Part shown: piece after piece, positions 47,050-60,000 of the stretch | Layout of the letters: every line of letters begins with the position of its first letter | Position numbering within the stretch: the first letter of the stretch is position 1 | Origin: Vicugna vicugna | Taxonomy: Eukaryota | Direction of reading: 5' to 3' | Length of the DNA: 64,000 nucleotides | NCBI GenBank assembly: GCA_013265495.1 | Contig: MU061578.1 | Span: 4,227,308 to 4,291,307 of the forward strand | Notes under the pieces: generated by a model | Seen by the model: the letters and a program-made list of their open reading frames with translations, nothing else | What the model was told of the DNA's origin: nothing | The model's database searches: none | Program-made: the position numbers and the translations under genes

Positions 47050-48090
47050 ACGTGCAGGACAGACGAACTGCCATTACGTTTCCTTTGGCCACGTATCTGC
47101 GCACCACTGACGGGACTGCAAAAACCCAGCGTCTCTACACAACCGCGCTCCGCGCCAGGCCCTTCCTGAGGCTCACCCGCAGCACGACTCTGGGTACGGG
47201 AGGCGGGCGGGAGGCTGTGCCAGGCCGCGGGGCCACCGGCCAGGTGCCCGGACAGCGCCTGACCCCGCCCACTTAAGGCCCAATCCTCTGCCGGCCTACT
47301 GCCCAATGGCGGCGCCCGGCGCAGTGAACGGCAGCTGCTTTCACCAATCGTCTGCGAGCGCGGCCCAGGCCTCGCCAAACCTCCTTCTCGTGGGGCGGAG
47401 GCCGGCACCACGATAGGCTGCCGCGGCGTGACTGGCTTCGGCAGTGTCCAATGGGGGCTGGCGGGCGGGCCTCAGGCCGCGCGGAGCCAGGCGGGAACGG
47501 CGGCGCGGCGGGCGGGAGGTGCCGAGTGGCGGGCGACATGTTCCGGGCGCCGGAGAGCGAGGGCGGCCGGGCAGGCTCCAGGTGCGGCGCGGGCGCGGCC
47601 ACGGCCACGTGGGGGGCTAGGGCTCAGGCGTGGCAGGGCGGCGCGGCGGCCGCGGTGAGCTCACAGAGCCGGGGCCGTCTGGGCCCCCGCGGCCGGTTCG
47701 GGGAGGTGGGCGCGCCCGCGGAACCAGGAGGCCGGAGGTGCGCCTTCCCCGCGTCTGGTCCCAGCACGTGTCCCTTCATTGGCGAGCGCACCGGAGACGC
47801 TGGCTGAGTGGTCTGCTGCAGCCGGGCGGGCGTGGCGGCGCTGCGGGAGTCCAGGACCGTGCGGCATGTGCGGGACCCAGAGTGCCCTCCTGGAGTCTGC
47901 GCTTTCTCCGTGTGCATGTGGACCGGCCTCGGGCCAGGTCCCGTCCTCGGAGTCCTCACCACTCCCGCAGCCCTGTGGAGCCAGGCGGTGCCCTGCCCCA
48001 ACCCTGCTGGTCCCATGGATCCAGGCGGTGCCCTCCCCACTTTACTGACAAGGAAACAGGCCACACAGGACATGATAGACGCCGAGGTCC
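47050..48090. promoter_or_regulatory. JPT2: CpG island / JPT2 promoter
   Basis: Very GC- and CpG-rich about 1 kb spanning JPT2 exon 1; CCAAT at 47280, 47303, 47344 and 47448; GC boxes at 47263-47270 and 47392-47400; no TATA box seen. Confidence 0.88.
47538..47581 (+). CDS. JPT2: JPT2 coding exon 1
   Basis: gacATGTTCCGG...TCCAG|gtgcgg; [14 protein letters not shown](R). Confidence 0.9.
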
Positions 48091-51000
48091 GACTAGGTTG
48101 AAACACTTAGAAACAGTGCAGCACGCTCACTCTCTTTATAGCTGGTCAAACACTCCGGGTGTTGGGAGTCACAAAGTTGCCAGAGCTGCAGAGAGGTGTC
48201 ATTGCTCCTTGAGGCGCCACATTGTGTCTTGGAGTTGGTTCTTCAGATGCCTAAGAGTTTTCTTTATTGTGAGCCTCTTCTGTGTCCCATTTGCACAGAA
48301 GAATATAGAGTAAGTTGTTTCGACTGCTAAAATCCCTGTAAGTTCTAGGGAGTTAGGTCAGTGTTCCTAACCAAATGATTAGTCATTAATCCATGTAACA
48401 GTGACGACTAATCACTCACTGTGGAGCCAGAAGTTTATCCTGGAGTCAGGCTCAGGATGAAACCAGTTTCCGGTGCCTGAAAATCGCTGTCCTGCGCCAC
48501 TCACACCAGCTGGGCAAGGGCTGCTTCCCAGCGCTTTCTCAGTTGTGTCCCTGAAGTACACTCCCTCTTTGTCTACACAGCCTGGCACTGGGTGCCCAGC
48601 AAACATTGGAGCCATTAACTAGTAAGCACCATGAGTAATGCCTGTGGAAGCTGACTTCTGAGCTACAGGAGATGGGGCAGAGCTGGTGCTCTGAACTAAC
48701 ATCCACGCTTCTTTGGGGCATTAGTTTTTGGAGAGGATATTATGAAAAGGGGAAAATTCTTCCTTTTAGGATGCTGAAGAAGGAAAACCCATCTTAATTG
48801 GATGATTAATTGGAAGCTTCTGCTTGGGATCCGTTAGCAACTTTGTGTTTTGATGGCCATCTTAAAGGAATTGGTTAGCTCCACAGACACCATAAGATTT
48901 ACCATACACTTAGCTGTGAAGGGAGTCAAATCGGGGCTGTAGGATTACCCAGTCAGGTGTTCCTCTCATAAAACCCCACTCTTGTTTTCTTGCTGAGTGT
49001 CACCTGGCTTTAAAGGGATTTTGAACTGTGAAAGCATTACGCGTTAGCCATCATTAATCTAAGGTCTTTCTTTTAGCTGTAAGCTGTATGTTTGTAAAGA
49101 ATTTAATCGAGTCTATTTTGCTGCTTCTCTCCAAACCTGGCCGGTCCCCCAGAGCTTTCCTGGAACACAGGGATAAGCTATTGAGGGGCAGAGGGTCGTG
49201 AGCATGGGCCCCGCCCAGTGAGTGTCAATTTTGTATTCTCTGCCCGTGTTTACTTGCATTGTGTGTGTGGCTTTTCTTGTCACAGACCCTTAGTTTCTCT
49301 TGTGTATGTTGAATGTCTTGGTTGAAATGTATTGAAGAGGTCCTACAAAAGGAAAAAAAAATAATTGGGGAGTATCCATCTGCACATTGTGCATTCACCC
49401 CTGAATGTCTGAGCTCACTGTTATTGCCACCCTCACCCCCACCCCACCCCTGTAATTAGGGTCAAGTGATCACTGCCTTTAACATTGAGCCTAGTGAAGG
49501 CCACTTATAGCCAGTTTCGGGTTGTGTTTTTATTGAAATGTCTATTTAACTCACGGTCTGATTTGTTTGAAACCCTGTTGGAGCAGCCTGCACAATTTGC
49601 TTGACTGCTCCATGGCTGTGTGACCCTAGTGCCCACCCCACAGCCTTTGTGATGAAGCTAGTTGCCACCTTGTCTGGGAGCTGGGCCGTTATGCACAGTA
49701 ATCTCGGCTACAACATTCTTGGGCACAACTTTCCTTTCTTTCTTTTCAAAGTAAAATTTTAAAAAGTCCCCAGGATAATATAACAAACACTGTATTTCCA
49801 CCACCCCAAATTAACATTTGATCATTCCAAATAAACATTGCTCACTCATCTTTTGTGCTCCAGTAGTACTCTTTCCTCATGGAGACCATGGACTCAGTTT
49901 GAGCCTCACCCCCTCCAAAGATGTCTTTGGAGTTTTAGTGACACTCAGTGCCTCTGTGGCATCACTCACCTGGAACCCCTCCATGCAGCTCTAGCCTTCC
50001 CAGCAAGCATGGGGCTCCTCCAATCCAAGGACTTGCTCTTATCCATCTTTCCACCCACAGGGTCTGGTGCGGGCTTGCCAATTGGTGATAGGTGCTCAGG
50101 GGACATGTGAGTTAAAGCAAGAGGCTGAGGAGACTCAGGCTGTTCAGGAATGGAGTGTGAGAGGAAAGGGTCCCGGAGAGCTTCGGATCAGGACGAGCCT
50201 TCCCTGAGCCTGATCTGACAGTTTGAATGTTTGAAAGAAGACTCCTGTTTCAAATCCATCAGTAAAATAGGAATTTGAACATGTGCCAGCATGAGACTTG
50301 ATGTTCAGTTCAGTTCTGAGGATGGTAGACTTCCACCCCTTGTTTCAAGGAGATAGCAGTGGAGACCCAAGCCAGTTGGACCTGCTTGAAAATATGTCCC
50401 CAAAAATACGAGAATGTCATTGTGACGGAGCTGCATGATTTATAGTGGGTGGAGCAGTCAAGTGGCCTTGCGTGTCCCCCAACAAAGTGCCTGATGTGAG
50501 AGCTTACTGATGCCTTTCTAATTTGTCTGGTTATTGGTCATTTTTTTAAAAAGGTTTTTCCCCCCCTCAAACTTGAGTAATTTTCCTTTATCAAATAAAT
50601 CCTTAAGAAAATGCTAACACTAGGCAGGCAGCCCTGCTCCCTTCCTCCAAGCAGACAGCAGTTGGGCCCCTTGTGGAAGGCCTGCCCGGTGTGCGCTCAG
50701 CTTCAGTGGTGGTAAGCGGGCTGCCTGCCTGCGGGTTTTGGTCCAGGAGAGACAGCACGCTGTCTGCCACCTGCTTTACAGCCAGAGTGGAGAAGTCCGT
50801 CCACTTCAAATTACACTGAGTGATCAATACTCTTGCTCGCTCTGTTAAGGAAACAGCAGGTTAAAGATCCAGTTCATTTTGTGAATAGATCATGAGCGGT
50901 GTCTGCATAGCTTTCATGTGGGGAGCTCTGCAGTTTCATCTCTTTCTAAACATCTGTGATCAATCACAGACTGTCCTGTTGCTTAGAACTCATGAACGAG

Positions 51001-54000
51001 CAGGGGCCACTCACCAGCTTAAAACTCTGCTTTAAAATACATTTAAAAATCTAGATGTTCTGAGAAGATGCATATGAATCCAGTGTGTTGCTGCTGTGCT
51101 GATGTAGACTGATGCTCTGGGGGTGTCACAGTGGAAATTTCTTAATTCGTTAGTTAGGGCAATGAAAAGTGACTCAGGGTCCTGATCTTCCACTTCTAAA
51201 ATGTCCACTTTAAAACCTCCAAGTAGTGCATGTCAGTTTCCCAAAGATGACAACTGCAGGTAGATACTGCTGGTGGTGAATGAGTGGAAACACCACTATT
51301 ATTTGTGGGCGTTTAGTTAAAATCCACACGTATTACAGGCATGACACTCGGAGCATGTGTGTTGATCTGCGGTAAACAGTGGTCTAGCTGGTGTATCCTG
51401 ATCTGTCCGATGTTTGACATTCCAGTGGTAGTTCTAGACCTTAGAACTGGAGAAAACTAGACTAGTGTAGATGCCCAGGATTCTCTTGGATCTGTAAGGG
51501 AGGCACTCCCCATGGTCTGAGGTGACACATTCTGTTAGAAATGTGAGCCACATAAGGAATTTTAAATTTTCTAGTAGCCTCATTTTAAAAAGTAAAAAGA
51601 ACCAAGAAAAAATAATTTTCATAGGTATCATTCAACTTAATGTATGCAAAACCTTATGTCAACATGCAATCAATGTAAAAGATACAGTTAAAGAGATAGC
51701 TTGCCTTTTCTTCGTTGTGCTGAGTCTGAGATCCTGTGTGTAGTACACTTATAGCACATCAGAGCCCACACACCCACATCCAAGTACTCACTGGCCACAG
51801 TGGCCACCCTTCTGAAGACCCGGCTCTCTAGGTCACGCTTGATCTGTGGGTAGATGGTGCACCGCCCCCTTGTTTGTTTCTAGAAGACTTGTTTGTTTCT
51901 AGAGATGTTAGGGTGTAGTCTGAGCCCTATAGCCAGACTACCTGGGCTTGCATCCTATCTCTGCTTCCTGTGTGGCCCTCCTCGTGATTTCTCTTTATCT
52001 CAGACTCCTCGTCTTTGAAAACAGTGCCTGCCTTAGAGGGTTGTCGTGTAAGGGCCTCCGAATGACAGCTGGCATATATGAACAGTTAACATGTGTAAGC
52101 TGCGATACCCAACAGTAGTGTAGGCTAATTAAAAACGACTGTGAAACTCTGCTGAACTGGTTCAATTTGCCTGTTTTAGGGAACGTTTAATTTTACTAAT
52201 GAGAGGTCACAGGAATAATTTCAGAATATGCACATCTCTAGAAGTCTTTTGGCACAACCAAGGTATACAAAGAAAACTTAAGGGCAGTGAAGGAACTTTG
52301 CTGTGTGGCCGTCTGTAAGGTAATCAGACCAGTACTAACTAGTCGTGTTGTGTGGTTTTTCCATGACATGAAGAAAGTACTTCTGCCCTGTCTGCCTGTG
52401 CCATGGCCGTGGATGGGGTGCCCAGGTGAGCTGTCAGTCACTTATACTTTCTCTGTCCTTGCAGGGCTATGAAGCCCCCGGGAGGGGAATCGAGCAATCT
52501 ATTTGGAAATCCAGAAGAAGCTGTCCCTTCAAGCAGACCCAATAGGATGGCCTCTAATATTTTTGGACCAAATGAAGAACCTCAGAACATACCCAAAAGG
52601 ACCAATCCCCCAGGTATGGGCCTTTGTTGATCGTTAGTCCTTTGGCCTCTACCTGTGCTCTTTTATGCTGCTCTCTTGATAAACTTTTCTATTTCTTTAC
52701 ATTGATCCTGTCATAGTTTCTGATCTGGGTTACCCCTTGTCCGAGTTCTAGAATGGAAGGAAGGTTTTATCCTGACTTGAACTTTCTGTCTTGAAGGTGG
52801 CTTGGTCCTTCTGGAGTCCTCCCTCACCTGTTGACCATTACTGGCTGCACCCAGGCACTCAGGATGCAAAGGCAGATGATGGGGTTCTGGTTCCCAGCAG
52901 GGAGGCTCCCCAAGTTGTCCCACGGACTCCTTGAGATTCTTAAAATTACCTGCAAATTGTGCATTTAGAGTGTTTTTGATCAGATTGTCAGTGGGATTGA
53001 AAGTCCAGCGTGCGTCTATGTGGTTCCCTCAGTACTTACCCCACCTTCTCGTAACTCCAGTGGTCTGATGGAGCATTTCTCTGGGCTGATGGACTGTCCA
53101 GTTGAGTGACCATCCAGTGATGGTCACTTGCCGCCTTTACAGAGGAGGAAGCCGAGGCTTAGGGTGGTTCACTGGTGTGCCTGAGCCTGGAGCTCATTGG
53201 TAGCAGAACTAGCCTTTGGATGTGGGTTTTCCTGACTCCAGAGCCCATGCTTCATGAATATATCAATTGGGATAAATTTCTTGGAATGGCTGGATCAATT
53301 TAAAATACCGATACTTCTAGCAGTTTGCCAGGCCTTCCTTCTCCGTGACATCCGCAGTCACTGCTCCTCACATTCTGCCAACACGCTGTCTTGTCTTTTG
53401 TGATTCCCTTTTTTTTTTTTTGTTTCGGTTTTTTGTTGTTTTTTTTTTTTAGTGGAGGTACTGGGGATTGAACGCAGGACCTCATGCATGCCAAACACAG
53501 TACTCTACCACTGAGCTATACCCTCCCCCTCCCAACAATTTAGTTCTTTGAAAAGTGTATCTTTAAATTTTTTCTTCAATTATGAGTGAATTGAGCATCT
53601 TTTCCATTTTCAAAGCTGAATTCATCTTTCAGGTAAAATGCTGAGTAATAAACATGCAGTGTGGTTGCTTTTTATAAAGTTCAGAAACAGAGCTGTGTTG
53701 TTTAGGGTCGGACATATACATGGTAAAACCTTAAAAAAAAAACAAGTTTGTAGTTTCCAGAAAAGCCGGGCATGTGGTAACCTAGGGCGGTGGGGGAGGA
53801 GCACGCACATCTCGGGGCTGGCAGCTTTCCATACAGCCTGTGGCTGTTACTCAGGTATTTGCTTTATGTGTGTCTTAGGGACTTTTCTGTGTCATGTTTC
53901 ACAATTTTTAAAATATCTTTAAATGAGCAGTGTCTTTAGCCAAAAACTCCAATTGAGTTACTTTTATTTTCATCTTGTACCTCAGAAAGGGTTGACTTAA

Positions 54001-57000
54001 GCGAAACCAGCAAGGCAGTAACAACGCAGTAAGGGGGTGGCCTTTGGCAGCTGTTTTTCTCTACTTTGTGGTCCAGACATTTCTGCCAACGACACCCCAC
54101 TAGTAGCAACAACCCAGTAGGGTGACTAGGAGCGTCCTCTGCTGGGCACTGCTCCTCCCCTTTGTCATCTCACCTGCAGCCCCAGCTTGGTGCTGTCGTT
54201 ATGTATTTATTATGCTGTCAGAACTGAGGAAGTGGAGGTAGAAGGCTGACTGACTTCTGCAGGCTCATGCAGCTGGTAAGTGATGAGTGGGGACGCGGCC
54301 TGGTGGTCTGGCTCACACTCCACTGTGCTGCTCTCCCCCGTCCAGGGGTCACTGATCCCTGGAACATTGGTGGCTGAGGTCTAGAAGTCTGATCACCCTG
54401 AAGTGACACAAATGCATGCCTTTTCCTGCTGTCAGTCCCAGCCATTCTGTGAACATTTTCCATCCCAAAAAGGCTTCCAGCGTTGGGTTCCCACTGGAGC
54501 TGCCCCTTCATGTCCCCTAGATGACTGACTCCCCAAAGGCTGTTCTGCTTTAGAGTCCACCCTAGCAATGGGGGCCCTAAGATGGGCCTGAGGGCTTGTG
54601 AGGGGACAAGCCCGCAACGAGGGCCCCCTCGGTGCTCTCACAGGGCTCGTCGTCCATGCTGCTCTTGGGTGTGCTGTCGTCTGTCCTCACGGGGTGGGTT
54701 ATTACAGCCAAGGAGTGACTGTTTAAAATTCAATTTCTTAAAGGCAGTAAACAAAGATCACAGCTATAAAAATGAATGCGCTGAGCAGTCTTAATCCCCT
54801 GAACCCCGTCCATCCCATTTCCTGTGCATACACACGGCCCGCAGAGGTAACTACTTCCCTGTATTCAGATGCAAGCATTTAAGAAGACTCTCTCCTTTTA
54901 CATTAAGATGTTGTGTGCTATCTTGATTGTTTTGTACCTTTTTTCCCTGAACAGTGTGTCCAGGGAATGTTTCTTTATCAGTGCATAGAAAATACAGCAA
55001 ACATTCATTGAGCATTTTTGTTCTAAGCATTTGCCACAGGAGCTACAGTCAGTCACTGCATCCTCTCACAGCGCTGTGAGGGAGTCCTTTTATTGCTGCT
55101 GTTCTATGGATGAGGGATTTGGGGCACAGAGGGGCCAAGTCACTTGTGTCTGGTCTCACGGCCATTTGTGGAACGCGCCTCCTCTCTCCTGTAAGACTAA
55201 ATTCTTGGTGCAGGGCTGTGATTGTTAACAGTCCCCCTCTACTCATCACGGCACTCTGCGGAAAGGAGGTGCTAGTGTTTGCTGCGTGCAGAGATAATGG
55301 GCTTGTGTCATGCGGTTGCCATCTTTCTGTTTAACATTGGCACTTACTTCTCTTGTCCGTTCCTCAGTCGTCGGCTTATGAGAACTTACATCTGAGATAC
55401 ATATTTTCGTGATAGCTTATCAAGTCATTTCTACTTCGCAGCAAAGATGTTAAAACGTCTGTAATTCACTGACATACCTAGTTGTCACTGGAAGTTCTGG
55501 CCAGAATGAGGTCAGGAGAATGATGAGTAAATGTGTTTCCAGATTACAGATTTGCCTTGAATAGAGCATATTATTAATTCAGTTCTGTCTGACTTTAGAA
55601 TTTAGTAGCTGTTTGCTTTTAATCTGTGAAAGAACTTTTCATGGGTTTAATGAAGAAGATTCTTCAGCAGGGAAACATGAAAAGTTAAGAGTTAAGGAAA
55701 TTCTAGAGGGGAAAATGCTGTTTGATGCCATCTTACCATCTGGCCTCTAGAGGTTCAGCTCAGTTCTAGTAATGAGGGCCCCAGCAGGCCCCAGTAAAGA
55801 GATTGGGTTTGGCTGGGTCTTCAGGGATCCTCGTCAGCCTGGTCACCCACCCTCGTTAGCCTGAACTCAGGATTGGCACTCCGGTGTCACTGAGAGAGGA
55901 GGTCTCTGAAGGAACAATGTGGAGGGTAGGATCAGATGGGTGTTGCAGGTTGCTCACTGTTCTGCGATTGTTTCTGCAGGAGGGAAAGGAAGTGGTATCT
56001 TTGATGAATCAACACCTGTGCAGACACGACAGCGTCTGAACCCACCTGGTGGGAAGGCCAGTGATATTTTTGGGTCCCCTGTCACTGCTACTTCACCCTT
56101 GGCACATCCAAACAAACCCAAGGTATGGACTGCATTCGAATAGCAGACATGAAAACAAGAAAAACAAAACTTGAGCCAAGTACTCTTTTAAGCAGGCTCT
56201 GAGGACCGGAGGGTATAGCTCAGTGGTAGAGTGTATGTCTAGTGTGCACGAGATCCTGGGTTCAATCTCCAGTAAATAATTAAATAATTAAATGAATAAA
56301 CCTAATTACTTCTCCTCCACCCAAAAAAAAATTTTTTTTAAATAAAAAATGAAAAGGCTCTGAGGCAGTTATGTTATTAGGAAGAGGCACAATGGGTGAC
56401 ATGGTTTTCCTGGCTGCAGTCATTACTCATTGAGTTCAGAGCTCCCCTGAGTCATCAGAGAAATGCATTCCAACCTCATGATGATGGAGGCTGGTCTCAG
56501 CATGTGAGTTGCAGAGACTGTCCACTACTCTGCACATCACCAGTGGATGCTGAGGATATTTATAAAACTGAACATAAAACAGGGGAGTTCACCTCTTAAA
56601 CATTTCACTGCTTTTAGTGACCATCAGTCAATAAGTACAGTAACTGCATTGGATTAGAATTTACCAAGTATTTAGAATTCCTGGGTTCCTGATATTACTT
56701 TAAAAACAGTTCATTTGTCACCTTTGGAGAATGCCAGAGGACCATCTTGAAAACTGCTGACAGGTAGAATTAAACACTTAGCCAGTGTTTCCTGCCTGAA
56801 CTGTACCTCAGGATAACAGCTGTGGAGGGAAAGCTTCCTTTTATAAAAGTGTTCCAGCCTATAAACGAAGAAGGATATTTAAATCCAAATATCATCATTT
56901 TGCAAACTTGTGATGAAATTGTAGATCTAAGCTGTGATCATGAGTGGCTGCTAACATCACAAAACAAGAGACATCAAAAAATCATGAGTCCATCGTGGAC

Positions 57001-60000
57001 CACCTTTGAATCCTTGTCAAAAACACCAAGCCTAAATCTGACTAAACCTCATATTAATCAACACCGCAGGGATTGACCAAAGTAATGCAAAATGTAGGAC
57101 ACTGCATGGCAACCAATAGGGGGGAGGCTGATGACTAACAAAAAAAGACTGGAGGTTGCAATCCCTGTCAAAGTTCCAACAGTGGTGGTGGTTTGATTTT
57201 TTTGTTTTCTTTTGTGCTACTGTTTTGTTTATTTTTTGAAAAAATGGAAAGACCTTGAAATTCGTATGGACTCTCAAGGGACCCTGAATAGCCAGACAGT
57301 CTTGAAAGTGAAGAACAAAGTTGGAGGTTCACACATCTCCATTTCACAACTTACTACAAAACTACAGTAATCAGAACTCCATGGGCATAAGGATAGACAT
57401 ATGGGTCATCAAAATACAACTGCAAACCCAGAAATAACTGTCACATCTGTGGCTAATTGGTGTTTCCACAAGAGTATCAAAATCATTCAGTGGGGAAAGG
57501 GCAGTCTCTTTAACAAGTGGTGTACATGGAAGGAATGAAAGTGGATCTTTACCTTACACCATGTACAAAAATTAACTAAAAAATGGATCAAAGACCTAAG
57601 CTGAAAGGCTAAAAGTATAAAATGCTTAGAAGAAAATGTACCAACAAATCATAATCTTGGATTTGGCAGTGGTTTCTTAAGTGTGTCACCAAAAACAGGC
57701 AGCAAAATTTTAAATAAATAATAAATTGAACCTCATTAAAATTAAAAACATTTGTGCAGCAGAAGATACTATGAAGAGAATGAAAAGACAGCCCGCAGAA
57801 TAGGAGGAAATACTTGCAAATCACATATCTGATAAATTTTGCTATCTGGAACATGTGAAGACCCCCTTCAACTCAGCAACAAAAGGACAGCCTCATTCAA
57901 AAGTGAACAATGGACTTGAACAGACATTTCTCCAAAGAAGATATACAAGTGGTCCATCAGCATGTGAGAAGATGCTCAACATCCTTAGCCAATAGGGAAA
58001 TGCAAATCAAAATCACAATGAATAACCAACCACTTTATATCACTAGAATGGCTGTTATCAAAAAAGGGGAAAAAAGCCATAGAAAACAAGCATGGTTACC
58101 AGCGGGGAAAGGGGGTAGGAAGGGATAAATTGGATATTACAAATACTAACTACTATATATAAAATAGATAAACAACAGATTTCTACTGTATAGCACAGGG
58201 ACCTATATTCAGTATCTTGTAGTGACCTGTAATGAAAAAGAATATGAAAATAAATACATGTATGTCCATGTATGACTGAAACATTCTGTACACCAGAAAC
58301 TGACACAACATTGTAAACTGACTATAATTTAAAAAATAATAAAATAAAAATTTCTGCAATTTAAAAGAGGGAAAACAAATGTTGGTGAGGTTATAAATTG
58401 GAACCCTCATCCACTGCTGTTGGGGATGTCAAATGTGCAGCTGCTGTGGAAAACAGCTTGGCAGTTTTCTTTGAAGAAGTTAAACATAGAATTTGCCGTG
58501 TGATCCAACAACTTTACTCTGAGGTATATACCCCAAAATTGTGAAAACAAGAACTCAGATACTTCAACCTATTTGAATAATATTATTTACAATAGCCAAA
58601 AGATAGAAACAACCCAAGTGTCCATCAGCAGATGAATAGATAAAGAGAATGTGCTGTACCCACAGGATGGTATATTACTCAGCCATGAAAAGGAAGTTCT
58701 GATACACAGTGCAGCACAGATGAGCCTTGAGAACATGGTGTCGAGTTTTAAAATTTGACTAGGTGTTAAACATTTAAGGAACCATTGATTTTTGCAGTTA
58801 TGAGAGTGTTGTTTTTCTTTGTTTTTAGCTGAATTTTAAAGAGCCACATCTTGACATACTTACAGATAAATGAAATACCTGAGATTTGCTTTAGAATACT
58901 CCCACGAGGGGTGGAGGGTCAGAGGGTGGGAGGCATGGGTGGCTGAGACCAGGATGGAAGCAAGCTGATGTCAGTTGCTGTAAGAGCGGGTCACCTGGCA
59001 GCTCACCAGGCTCTTCTCTCTGCTTTGTTTATGGTTAAAATCATCCAAATAGAAACCTTTTTTACAGTTAAAAAATAGAGCCTGGTCATCAATGCCTTTC
59101 CCATCGCCCACTAAGTGGAGTGGGAGGTGTCCTAGTGGTGTGTTGACCTGGGGTTTGCCTTGTTGCAGGACCACGTGCTCCTGTGTGAAGGAGAGGACCC
59201 AGTACTGGACCTCAAAGGTAAGCTTGTTTTCTGTCTCTTCCCTGGGGCTCATACTCTGCAGGGGCTGCTGGTGCCCAGAGAGGACAAGCAGGAGGACCCC
59301 TGTGCCCCTTCCAGCAGCCGATGGAAACAAGCAAGGTGGTGGTTATTGCGAGGTTTCGTATTTGGAGAAGTCTGGGGAAGTGGGCTCAGTTGTGTCTGGT
59401 GAGAACTTTCCAGCTGGCTTTTCTGCACTTTTGTCATCACTAGTCAGCCTGGGCCTGAGGCCATGGTGTCCTCTTCTAGAAGCTGACCTTGTGTAGTGAA
59501 GGGCAAGGGTCCAGAACCTTCCGTGAACTCGAGACAGAGGACAGCACTGGCGGAAGTGGCAGAAGAGATGGGCACGAGGGGAGCAGGGGAGGAGAGACGG
59601 GGGTGAGAAGGAAGAGGGGATGGGATGTCAGACCAAACTCCACCATGGTCCTCTGCCCTGGCTATGGGCACCCATCAGTGAGGGTCTCCATTTCCCTCAC
59701 TGATGATGATGAAGTGGTCCCTTCAGAAAGTCCACAGTAACCTTGGCTCCCCTGCTGGACCCTTCACTTCCAATGACTCCCTCTTCCTTTTCACACTCAC
59801 CTTGAGAACATGTGCTTTTTATACTTGAGGTGGAAGAAGGAGGCGTGGCGTCCCACAAGCAGCACAAAGATGTGCCCACTCCCTCAGGGGCTCCTCCAGG
59901 CGCTCTGAGTCCTGAGTCCCGGCTCCACCAGCTCTGGGGTGGGCGGGACGCGCACGCGTGCAGCTCTGTTAGGCGGTGGGTGGCCTTTCACAGGTGGTGT

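Noticed and set aside
47273..48313. Multiple long ORFs across the CpG island
   Set aside because: Stop-poor GC-rich sequence; only 47538-47581 fits the JPT2 protein.
51869..51903. 16-bp direct repeat cttgtttgtttctaga with a 3-nt spacer
   Set aside because: Simple local duplication with no inserted element between the copies.
56208..56275. tRNA-like sequence with A and B boxes
   Set aside because: SINE head with an A-rich tail and TSD, lacking a complete cloverleaf; not a tRNA gene.
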